A stretch of DNA of 63,831 nucleotides, counting the filler, from Folioceros fuciformis (taxonomy: Eukaryota), in the NCBI GenBank assembly GCA_049999805.1. It is 5 parts of 5 records of this genome, joined end to end, with 100 filler letters (N's around TTAATTAATTAA, not from the genome) between each part and the next. Parts side by side here need not be neighbours in the genome. Positions count along the whole stretch, not along the records: positions 16,765 to 38,566 come from JBNGIO010005087.1; 4 more parts are not named here. The stretch is one strand, 5' to 3'. Under the pieces are notes generated by a model, which saw nothing but the letters and a program-made list of their open reading frames with translations, had not been told where the DNA came from and did no database searches. The translations under genes were made by a program, and so were the position numbers. This document shows positions 24,732 through 35,261 of the stretch, one piece after another (positions within the stretch are counted from its first letter, which is position 1; each line of letters opens with the position of its first letter).

Positions 24732-27700
24732 TTACAGTACAAACTCACGCAGACCTAGGGCTGCAAGATGTTGGAAATGCTTGGCTTTGGACAGACCCTT
24801 GGTAAAAATGTCCGCTGTGTTTTCATGTGTACTCACATACTCAACCTTCACGACCCCTCGTTCAGCCACATCTCTTATGTAGTGGTAGTATAGCTTAATA
24901 TGCTTTGTTCGGGCATGAAACCTAGGGTTTGCCACTAGAGCAATTGTGCTCATATTATCACAATATAACATAGTGGGTTCCTTCTGTTGCTGTTGTACTG
25001 ATTCCAGGAATTGCCTCTGCCATTCAGCCTCCTTACAAGCATCAGTCAAGGCTTTGTATTCAGCCTCTGTGGAGGAAAGGGCTAGGGAGGCCTACTTTTT
25101 GCAACTCCAGCTCACAGCTCCAGAGGATAGTAGAAAACAATAGGCCGAGAGGCTCTTTCTGGTATCAGCATCAGAGGCCCAGTCGGCATCTGCGAAGGAG
25201 GTAAGTACCATGCAGCTGTTCCCACTTGATGAATATTGCAATCCATAGTTGATGGTGCCTTTAAGGTACCGATAAATCCTCTTCACAGCAGCCCAGTGTG
25301 CCCTGCCAGGTTGTTGCAGAAACTGGGACACCACACTAACAGAGAAGCTGATATCGGGGCGGGTCCAATTTGCAAGGAAGATTAGACAGCCCACTGCCTC
25401 GGCATAAGGTACGATACTCATGTCTTCAGCCTCACGTTGTGTTTGTGGAGACTGTGCAGATGTCAGCTTTTCCCCCACTGCCGAGGGAGTGGCTACAGGA
25501 CGAGCATCCTGAAGGTTAAACCGCCTCAAAATCTCCTTAAGGTATTTCGTCTGGTGTAGGGTGATAGTACCAGCGAACCTATTACGGAGGATTTGTATGC
25601 CTAAACAAAACTGCAAGTCCCCTTGGTCAGTCATTTCAAAGGCCTGTCTAAGCATATCTTTAACCTTGGCTAACTGTTCTGTGCTATTGCTTAGCAGAAC
25701 ACAGTCGTCTACATATAAGGCCAAGATTACAAAGAGGGCTCCAGCAACAAGAAGAAAGACGTTGCTATCGGCAGGAGATTGAAGAAACCCGAGTTCCTTA
25801 AGGTACTTAGTAATCCTCTTGTACCACGCTCTGGGGGACTGCTTAAGTCCATAAATGGTCTTAAGTAGCTTGCAGACCTTTTTAACCCATTTTTTATTAA
25901 CGTACCCCTCAGGTTGTTCCATGTACAGCGTTTCTTCCAACTCTCCGTGGAGGAATGCAGTACAAACATCCATTTGCTGCACTTCAAGATCAAACTCGGC
26001 TGCCAAAGCAAGAAGGATGCGCACTGAGGATGGTTTGACAACAGGTGAGAACGTGTCCCCGTAGTCAATGCCTGGAACCTGACTAAAGCCACGAGCAACT
26101 AGTCTAGATTTATATCTGGCTACTGTACCATCAGCCTTAAGTTTTGTTTTGAATAGCCATTTACAGCTGATCGGTTTTCTCCCAGGTGGAAGATCAACTA
26201 GCTCCCAGGTGCCATTTTTGATAAGAGACTGGTACTCATCCTCAATCGAGACATGCCATTTGTCACCATCAGGTCCATTTACAGCCTCATCATAAGACTG
26301 AGGATCAGGTCTAACATCGGGAATGTGAAGATCAGACACCTGAACAGAAGGCCTGCGAAAATCCAAGGACTGGTAAGGAGGTTCAACCCACTGCTCACGA
26401 GATCTGCGTTCCCTTAGATTATAACGAGATTGTTGATCAGCAGCTGGTTGTTGTTGGGGTGTAGGCTTAGGCTCGTCAGAGTGAGCAGACTGTGCATCAT
26501 CTGCATCACTGTCCAGGGTGATAACATCTTCAGATTCATGTAAGGAAGCCTGGTACTCAGCAATTTCCCCCACTTCAGGGGCAAGAGGTATGTCCTCATC
26601 AGCTGCATTCAGACCATCCTCTGTAGGGCCTTCACCATCTGACTGAGGATATTGATGAGGTTCAACGTCAGGGTCTAAAGTTCATGTAATTTCATCTTCA
26701 GAAGGGGTAACTTGGATTGGGTCTATACTCTTATCAGGTGGAATATCATATTCAGGAAGGGCTCGAGACTGAGTAAGTTCACTCACAACCACGCTCCTTG
26801 CAAGAACAACCTTTGAAGTGATCTTATCATAGAGTTTATACGCCTTTGATTCCTCAGAATATCCTAGGAAAATAAGGGGGACAGACCTGTTGTCTAATTT
26901 GTTACGTTTTGCTTCTGGAACATAGGCAAATGCAGGTGATCCAAAAACTCGCAAGTGTAACAAACTAGGTTTTCTGCCCCAAAAGGCCTCATGAGGAGTA
27001 CAACCAGGCAAGGCTGAGGTAACCACTCTGTTCAAAATGTAAGTAGCAGTCACGATTGCCTCTGCCCAGAATTTCTTGGAAATGCCAGCCCAGGACAGCA
27101 TACTTTTTGTCATGCCCATGAGTGTCTGGTTTTTCCTCTCAGCAACTTCGTTCTGCTGTTGAGTATAAGGAACCAAGAGTTGTCTCACAATGCCAAACTG
27201 CTCAAACAGGTTGTCATACTTATGTCCTGTGAACTCCCCTCCATTATCTGTTCTGAAACACTTTACTAAGCAGCCTGTTTGGCGTTGCACCATAGGAATC
27301 CAGGCAGAGATGGTATCGAAGACTTCACTCTTCAGTTTTAGAGGGAACGTCCACGTATACCTCGAATAGTCATCGGTGAGAGTAAGGTAATATTCGGCAC
27401 CACCAAGTGACTTCACATGTAATTTGCCAGCAATGTCTGCATGAATTAACTCCAGAACTGCTTTAGCACGTGTTGGATTCTTGTTCTTAAACGGAAGCTC
27501 CTTCTGTTTTGACAGAATACAAGAACTGCAAGGGGCAAGATGTTTAAAACAAGACGGGAGTCGTTCCCGATAACAATCAGAGATAGACATGAAATCGAGC
27601 TTTGCCTTGTTGACGTGTCCCAGCCTTGCATGCCACAGTACAGCATGAGTGTGATGCGTAGACGTAAGTGCCCTAGCATGAACTTTTGCTGCTGTAACTA

Positions 27701-29051
27701 ATTGGTATAGGTCGTTAACAAGAATTGCTTTTGCTACGTGTGTATTAGGATCAGAAGGGTGATAAAGGTAACACTTTCTATCCTTGAAGCAAAAGACTAA
27801 GTGCTGATTTTGAGCTACGGCTCTGATGGACAGTAAATTCTTGGACATAGAGGGAACATACAAGACATCATGCAAACGCAAAGACTTGCCGTCTGCCAGA
27901 GGTAATATAACTGTCCCACTACCCTTTACCTCCACTCCACGAGAATCTCCAACGTATACTAACTCTGGTGTGTTCCCCCTCTGCTTGTGGAAGGTGGAGA
28001 ACAGCTCCTTGTTATTGCACACATGGGCAGTAGCACCAGAATCAACAAACCAGGAGGAAGAAGTCTCCTTGGATGAGGTGAGGCACACAATCAGGACTGT
28101 GCTGCTGCTCTTAGATTGTCCAGAACTCTTGTTGTCTTTGGAAGTCACATGGGCCTCAGATCTAGGATCTTTCTTGGGTTCCCCCGCTTTTTTCTTCCGA
28201 CAGTCACGTTCCCAGTGACCTTGTATTTGGCACCAGTTGCAATTCCCTCGCCTTTTGATGCTGGTCGAGGTGTTAGAAGGAGGTGAGTTAGAACTCTTCT
28301 TGCCTTTCTGTTTACCCCGGCCAAGGTTTTTGCCTTTTGCAGCAAAGAGCACTTTCTCCCCACGGATGCGAGAGGAAGTCCCTATTTTCTGTCGGCTCTG
28401 CTCTTCTTGCAGGAGAGCACCGACCACACTATTGAAGGTTAGTTTGGGTGGTTTCTGTGCAGCAACAGCAACGTATGAATCCTGTAAGGCCGCATTCTGA
28501 CTGGAGATGAAATTCTGAAAGCTTGCAGGCAGGCTGGATAGGATTTGAGCAACCGCATCCACCTCCGACATAGTACTCCCCAGAGTAGTCAGCTGTGACC
28601 TCATGTGTCTGAACTTGACCACATGAGGTCCCACAGCATCTCCATCACGAAGTTTGAGACCAAAGAATTCATTACGAGCAGCTACAAGTGTAAGAATATT
28701 CTGTACTTGGTATGTATCCTTCAATTGAGCCCAGACGTCAGCAGCAGTTGGTAAGGATTCAACCTCAGTTATTGTGGTTTCGTCCAGTCCAGAAAGAAGA
28801 ATTGCAAAAGCCACCTTGTTGCCTTTCATCCACTTATCCACATCTGCCTGTGTGACTCCAGGTTGAGTGATATCAGGTTTGGTAAGAGTACCATCAACGT
28901 ATTCCCACATGTCCCGAGCATCAAGAAAAGCCTTCATCCTGGCCCTCCAACTTTCAAATCGAATAGCTTTGCCAACAAACCTGTCCTTCTCCTTAAAATC
29001 GCCTGAATATGTGACTCCAACAGAGGTAGACATTTGTGAAGCAGACGCCAT
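24732..29051 (-). pseudogene. Gag-pol polyprotein of element E; one frame with only two premature stops (TGA 26682, TAG 25092)
   Basis: ORFs 26682-29051, 25092-26573 and 24732-25049 share a frame; all Copia domains present. Confidence 0.95.
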
Positions 29052-29674
29052 ATTGATTTGTGAAAGTGGATGTGGGTTTGAGTTTAATCTGTGACCCCTA
29101 CTTCTGATTCTCTCTGAATGGATTCCAAGCTACAAACAGAGAGAATACTGACCATTGATTCTGTGGATGAATCAGGGACAGAAGAACATGGGACAGAAGA
29201 CTCCTCACAGGAGGAAAGGGAAGGAGTCACCAACGTGCTATTCAGACATGCTCTAACAGAGAAGACAACTGAACATGAGCAGGTTAGCGCAACAAAACCC
29301 TAAAAACAAAAAAACGAAACGTTACTTAGGGTTTACTAATGGCAGTTGGATGTCAGCTGACCCTAAAACGAAAATTAAAGGGGTGCAACTAACACTGAAC
29401 CGACGGGTTTGCTGAGGCAGGTGTGCTGAGATGGCGAGGTAGCGAGAAGACAAGTCTGACGTGCCCAGCGCTTGAGATCCTCTCCAAGTGATCGCCAGAA
29501 AGGTACTCCCTTCAGCGCGCCTGTTCAGATCTGGTTACATAATTTTCAGAGAGGAACCTGATCAGGGAGTGGACCAGGAACAGGTACTGATCCGATCTGA
29601 ATGTCAGCAATCCCTGATGAATTCATCCGATTTACTGCAGAAGATTCACCCAAAGACAAGGCCGCCACTACTCC

Positions 29675-30091
29675 TCAAAGATCCCAGACTTGTTTTGCAA
29701 GGATTCGATAGTACTGCTTTTGCGTGGACAATGTGGTCAAACAGTGTTCTTCAAGCCTTGAGAATTTGTCCAGACAGGTAGCCTCAAACGAGTTGACCCT
29801 GGCTAACAAGGTAAGAGATGACGGGGAGAGATTGTCAAAATTGGGAATTGAGAGCTGCTTAACAGCAGCTGACTCTGTATTCCTTTTTCTCGAATTTTCT
29901 CTGTTCCTGACAACACCTGTTGGTCTGGATATTCTCTCCATGTAGGTGTGCCTGCAATCGCAGAAACAGCTGGGGTCTGTGATCCAGCAGTGTGGCGGTG
30001 GAGATCTCCTCAGCCCACCCTTGCAAGTGCGGCTAGCAGATTGAGAGGGGAGGCCTACACAACACCTGGATCCTCCGCCTCCTCGTGCCAT
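29675..30091 (-). CDS. Accessory ORF upstream of gag in element E (138 aa; probably continued past a TGA)
   Basis: Between PBS and gag; basic segment RNRENSRKRN then amphipathic helix LLARVNSFEATCLDKFSRLEEHCL. Confidence 0.45.
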   Translation of the reverse strand: MARGGGGSRCCVGLPSQSASRTCKGGLRRSPPPHCWITDPSCFCDCRHTYMERISRPTGVVRNRENSRKRNTESAAVKQLSIPNFDNLSPSSLTLLARVNSFEATCLDKFSRLEEHCLTTLSTQKQYYRILAKQVWDL

Positions 30092-30422
30092 AGCTCACAA
30101 CATCCAGAATCATTTGCAGGAAGGGAGACAGGGTCTTCAACAAAGTTCATCCAGCATCCGGAGATGTTGCTGAACTCTGTTGAATTCCCAGCCGCTCTTC
30201 CTACTTGTCCAGATTTTTATTCATAGGAATTAGATTCTCATCTATATACACATGGCTCTGATACCATGTCAAACTAGCGGAAGCTTGTGTTGTAAAAATG
30301 ATACAACAGAATTAATTAAAATCAGAGCAAGAGTATGTTTATACAAAAATTCATGTCTGTAGAGTTAGGGTTGTATAAACCCTGGTAACCTAAACCAGGT
30401 TGGGTTAAATAACCCTTCAACA

Positions 30423-31836
30423 AGCCTAGCATGCCAGAAGTTTGCTTCAGACACAGTAGAGGTAACATACGCTTTTGGTTCTGCAGTCATGTTAAGCTGG
30501 TAAATTTCGTTAACCAACTGACCTCTAGCAATGCATCTACCAAGTCTGGATAAATAGTAGAGACAACAATGGACTTGCTCGAAAGAGAAGCCATATTTTC
30601 TAGACTAGGTGGTTGCATGGACTGATAGCAAATTCTTTGACATGGCTAGTACATATAGGACATCTTCCAACAAGATTTCAGACACATCAAACAAGGTAAT
30701 GGAAACTGAACCTACTCCATGTACATCTACGCCTCTAGAGTCCCCCACATACACTGATTGTGGTGAAACCTCTATTGTTACTGTCGCAAACAGGTCCTTG
30801 TTATTACACACATGAGACATAGCCCCTGAGTCAATGAACCATGAGTTAGAGAATTCAGCAGAGGACGACAAATAGATTGTTACTGTTAAGATGGTTGAGC
30901 TGCTCTTGTGTGGAGTGGATCCCTTGTCCTTTGCAGCAACATGTGCCTTGGGGCGAGGGTCCTTCCTTGGTTCTCGTGCCTTTTTCTTACGACATTCCTG
31001 CTCCCAATGGCCGGAATTTGACACTAGTTGCATGTACCTTGGTGTTTGTTGGAGGGAGTTAAAGGCGTTGAGCCACCATATGGCTGCTGGTGAGATCGCT
31101 TCTCCTTCCCCCTTCCCGTCACAAATGGCTTGCCCTTAGCTGCAAATAACACCTTCTCGCCTCTTGAGCGAGTGCCTGGACCTGGTTTGAGTCTACTAGC
31201 CTCCTCTTGCAGGGAGCCCTGACCACAACATTTAGATGGAGGGAATAAGATAGGTTTGCAGCAGCGGTAGCATACGCAGCAGACAATGCCAAATTTTGTC
31301 TAGAAATGAAGGTCTCATAGGATGGAGGCAAGGCAGTAAACAATTGGGCGACCATCTCAACCTTGCTAATCTTGGCTCCCAATGCAGACAAGTTGTGCTT
31401 GCAGTATCCTCAGCTTGGTTACACTGGGTCCAACATGTTCTCCTTCCCGCATCCTGAATGAATGAAAGTCACTCCTGACATGCATTAATGTACAGACGTT
31501 CTGCACCTTATATGTATCTTTGAGCTGAGTCCAGACCTTAGCTGTTGTGGCCAAGAACTCAACCTCAGTTATTGTTGTGGCATCCAGCCCTGACAACAGG
31601 ATAGCAAACGCCACTTTATTTCCTTTGTCCCATTTTGCTTTTTTTATCTACTGTAGGTTGAACTACTATTGTAGCTGGTACATTGTGCCATCAACGTATT
31701 CCCACGCATAACGAGCATGCTGGTGAGCTTGCATTCGTGCTCTTCAACTTTCATAGTTCACAAAATTGCCGTTGAAACGGTCTTTCTCTTTGAACTCTCC
31801 AACATAGATGCCAGATCCAGTAGTAGTAGTAGCCAT
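30423..31836 (-). pseudogene. Copia element F gag-PR (right part)
   Basis: ATG 31836 MATTTTGSGIYVGEFKEKDRF; WFIDSGAM; LWHAR|LGH split by element E. Confidence 0.85.
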
Positions 31837-31954
31837 ATTGGTGACATGTATTGTTGGGGTAGCTAAATGTGAAGGGAGAATGAATGCAGGAAGCCGAGAT
31901 TGCAGGGATTGTAAGAAAGTACGTTCTGTAGCTAAGTCCTCATCTAGATCACTA

Positions 31955-32320
31955 CTTGCCGTCTCGGACTCCGCCAGCTGCCTCCAGGCTTTGGCCTCCT
32001 TCCCTCTTGCCTCTGCCTCCTTGCTCTAGACCTCATCTTGTCCGAGGCTCTGGCCCGTCTCCTCTTGGCAGGAGTCTTCTTCCTTGCCCCCGCCTTCCTC
32101 TTCTACCTGGTGGGGGTCTCCTCCTCCGAGCTGTTTGCGCCTCCCGACTCCCAGCTGCTGGAGTCGGCTCCCACTGGCTCGGCGGGCTTCCACTTCACAT
32201 CCCTTATCGGCCTCCACATATGGAGCGAGGTGAGTACCTCCAGTTCAGACACAAGGTTAGCATAGCAGTAAATATGGATTAGGAAGGGCGAGATCATCGA
32301 AGGCTGAGAAGAGGTGTAGA
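31955..32320 (-). repeat. Inverted, internally deleted paralogue of the ORF at 33505-33775 and 34245-34320
   Basis: Translations SSQPSMISPFLIHIYCYANLVSELEV and KWKPAEPVGADSSSWESGG match the plus-strand copy. Confidence 0.85.
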
Positions 32321-32899
32321 GGAAAAAAACTTTTGGGACTCCCATTTTGAAGGACGGAATGAACACGTTGTGATTTTTTTTGTGAGACTGCGAGTGGATC
32401 GCCTTAGTATGTGAATAAGACCTAGGTATTTATACCCAAAGTCTCTTTGGCCCTTGGTGTTTTGATAGGATGGAGTGACAGGACTGGGGAGAAGTGTGTG
32501 TGAGAGTGTCCTTGGCCCTTTGTGGTTTGGGGGGCACTCAGGTGTCTATGTATGCACCCCCCCCCTGGGGAAATAAGAAATAGGAAGTGGGGGTAGGTTG
32601 TTGCGGACTTAGGCAAAAATCGGAGTGTTGAATTGGGCGACGGTAGCTGGTTGGGCGACCGTCGTGGAAGGGGCACCGGCGGTAGTGGAACGGGAACGGC
32701 GACATAAAACCCTAGAGAGAGACAAGGAGAACTTGGGCAGTAATCGGGGCAGGAGCGTCTGCGAGAGTGAGAGTAACCACAGGGCGCGACGACGGTCAGG
32801 AGCGCAGAGGGAACTAGGTGGCGGCGCGGAGTAGGGCGACAGGCGACAGCAGGTGCAAGAGGGCAACGGTGTTCGGGGCGCGGAAGGAGATCATGCACG

Positions 32900-34609
32900 A
32901 TGAGGTCTCGACAAGAGTTGTTGCTAGGAGTATTGGTGCCGCAGCAGGAGGAGGGAGAACCGCCTGTCCCAAAGATCAATGTGCTCCTATGGCCCAACAT
33001 GGAGCACTGGAGGACCAGAGCCGGAGGGCTGGTCGAAGAACTAGGCCTCGGGTTCATGAACCAAAGGTGGAATCATGCAGCTCCACAGCTGGTCAGGGAG
33101 TGCACCCTAAAGATGAGGAAGCCCGTCCGAGAGGAGGGAATCCGTGGCAGACCCCAGGTTTGGAATCTGGAGCTGGTAAGACGGGTGTATGGCCACAATC
33201 AGTAGGAGGAGGGGGGGCTGGTGCTGGAGTCCCTAAAGAATCGTGGTGGCACAGCAGACGCCGAGGTGCTGTTCAAACCTAGCACCAAGAAGGAAGCGAA
33301 TGGTTGGCTGATCTGGGATATGGCCAACCCCCAGCTGATGGGTCTGGCCACGTGGTTCCTGAGCTTTCTGCAGGTTTGCAAGTAGGATTATTTGTCTAAT
33401 CACATGCTCCTCTTTCTGCATGATGTCGTCAAGGGGAGCAAGGTGGATTGGGGGAAAGTCCTGTATGCCAGGATGGACGAGGAGAGGCAGAATCTGACCT
33501 TGTCCTCTCCCCAACCTTCGATGATCTCTCCCTTCCTAGTCCACATCTACTGCTATGCTAACCTTGTGTCTGAACTAGAGGTGATGGCCTCACTGCACAT
33601 GTGAAGACCGATAAGGGAGGTGAAGTGGAAGCCCGCCGATCCAATAGGGGCCGACTCCAGCAGCTGGGAGTCGGGTGGTGCGGACAGCTCAGAGGAGGAG
33701 AGTCCCACCAGGCAGAAGAGGAAGGCTGGGGTAGGGAAGAAGACTCCCGCCAAGAAGAGGAGGGCCAGTGGCCAGATTGCTAGAAGAGGAAGCAGATCAG
33801 CACCACAGGAGGCAGCCCCAGAGCAGGCTGGGTAGGAGCGGGGGCTACTCAGGAACCAGTAGCTCAGGCGCCAACGGACCGAGAGCCGACGTAGCAGGAA
33901 CCGGGCGAAGAGGAACTAGGAGCACCCCAGGAGCAGAGGTTAGAGATGGAAGTGGTCCCTTCTGAGGTGAAGGGAGAATTAGGGCACGTTTCGGAGCAAG
34001 AAGTCTTCCTAGAATGGGAAGATGTTTTTAGAAAGGGAGGATAGGCTGCAGGCAAAGGAGCTGGAGAAGTTACGAGCGCTGCTGGGGAGGCAAATAACCA
34101 AGAGGGGAATGGCTCCTGTGGGGTCATAGGAGGTGAATCTGCCAGGACTAACCTCGGCCGTGGTGCAGACAGAGGCGGACGTGTTGGATTAGGTGGCCAA
34201 GACACTGACCTAGCTGAGCAGGCAGGCGGAGAGGGAGGCCAAGGCCCGAAGTAGGGAGGCAGAGGCAAGAGGAAAGGAGTCTAAAGCCTGAAGACAGCTG
34301 GCATAGTCTGAAACAGCCCGGCGGCTCTTGGAAGAGAAGCAACGGGTCCTGAGTGAGGACAAGGCACAAGCAGAGGGAGAGGCGTGCCAGGCCAAGGCAG
34401 AGCTTCAGGCGCTGAAGGAGCAACAGGAGTCGCTCCTAGCTCAAATGAGGGAAGCCCATGAGACTAATTTGGAAATACAGCGGGAAGTGGCTAAGGCTCA
34501 GGAGCAGGAGATGGCAGTGATGGAACAAATCCAGGAGCTGGCCAACAGGTACAAACGAGAGCGGGACAAGGCCAGGGAGCGAGTAAAGGGAAAGGGTAAG
34601 GATGGGTGA
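32900..34609 (+). pseudogene. Degenerate retrotransposon accessory/env-like ORF with C-terminal coiled coil
   Basis: Long frame broken by TAG/TGA; motifs LVRE.., KVDWGKVLY..MISPFLVHIY, acidic/basic linker with KRK/KKRR, long EQKA-rich coil. Confidence 0.55.
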
Positions 34610-35261
34610 AGTAGCCGGACGGCGACGCCGGTAGCCGAGCAATAGTGTCGGTAGCCAAAGCGGCTACCGGTAGTCTTGCGACACCCGCGGTAGCCGAAGG
34701 GGCTACCGATAGAGGAGGGACGACGCCAGTAGCCGAGACCACAACCCCGGTAGCAGAAGAAGTGATGGCGGAGGCGCCTGTGCCCAGGCGTTCTAGGAGG
34801 GGGACTCGCACTAGGCAAACCGAGCTGGAAGGGGTAGCATCTGGAGGGATGGAGGACTCTCAGGTACCCCAAGAGAACAGGGGACAGTCCGGCCGAAGTA
34901 GCCCAAGGGAGGAAGGGGTAAGCACCTCCCTTATGATAGAGGGTCAGATTATGCTGCAGTATGAGGAGGAGGCCTCTTATGTGCCGTGCCTCTATGTGGA
35001 AGGGGCCTGAGTTTTGAAGTTGTTTTTGTATGTACGTATGGGCACAAAAGGGACGCGGGGCTACGGCTTGCAACTGAGGACCCGCAAGGGCATCTACTAC
35101 TACCGCTGGCGGGTATGGGGGCTGCCTCATTGCTATTCCGAGGCAGTCCTGGAGGAATTGACGGAGAAGGAGGCGCAGCAGTGGGTTGAGCGGGAGCCTA
35201 TCCCCATCCTCAGCAATCGGCGATGGAGGGAGGAGAGGGATTCCATGCGACGGGGCCCACC

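Larger units (their letters stand above)
23796..30422 (-). mobile_element. Full-length young Copia element E (6627 bp), 156-bp LTRs 23796-23951 and 30267-30422, TSD AGCCT
   Basis: LTRs differ at one position; PBS 30255-30266; PPT 23952-23960; AGCCT at 23791-23795 and 30423-30427. Confidence 0.97.

Noticed and set aside
25092-26684. Single in-frame stops in element E read as programmed read-through or U-to-C editing
   Set aside because: Stops fall at different positions in related elements, one lies inside RNase H, and all fit C>T deamination; U-to-C editing is known from organelles.
29295-29370. AAACCCTAA/TTAGGGTTT motifs as an interstitial telomere
   Set aside because: Isolated single motifs inside a retrotransposon leader, not a tandem array.
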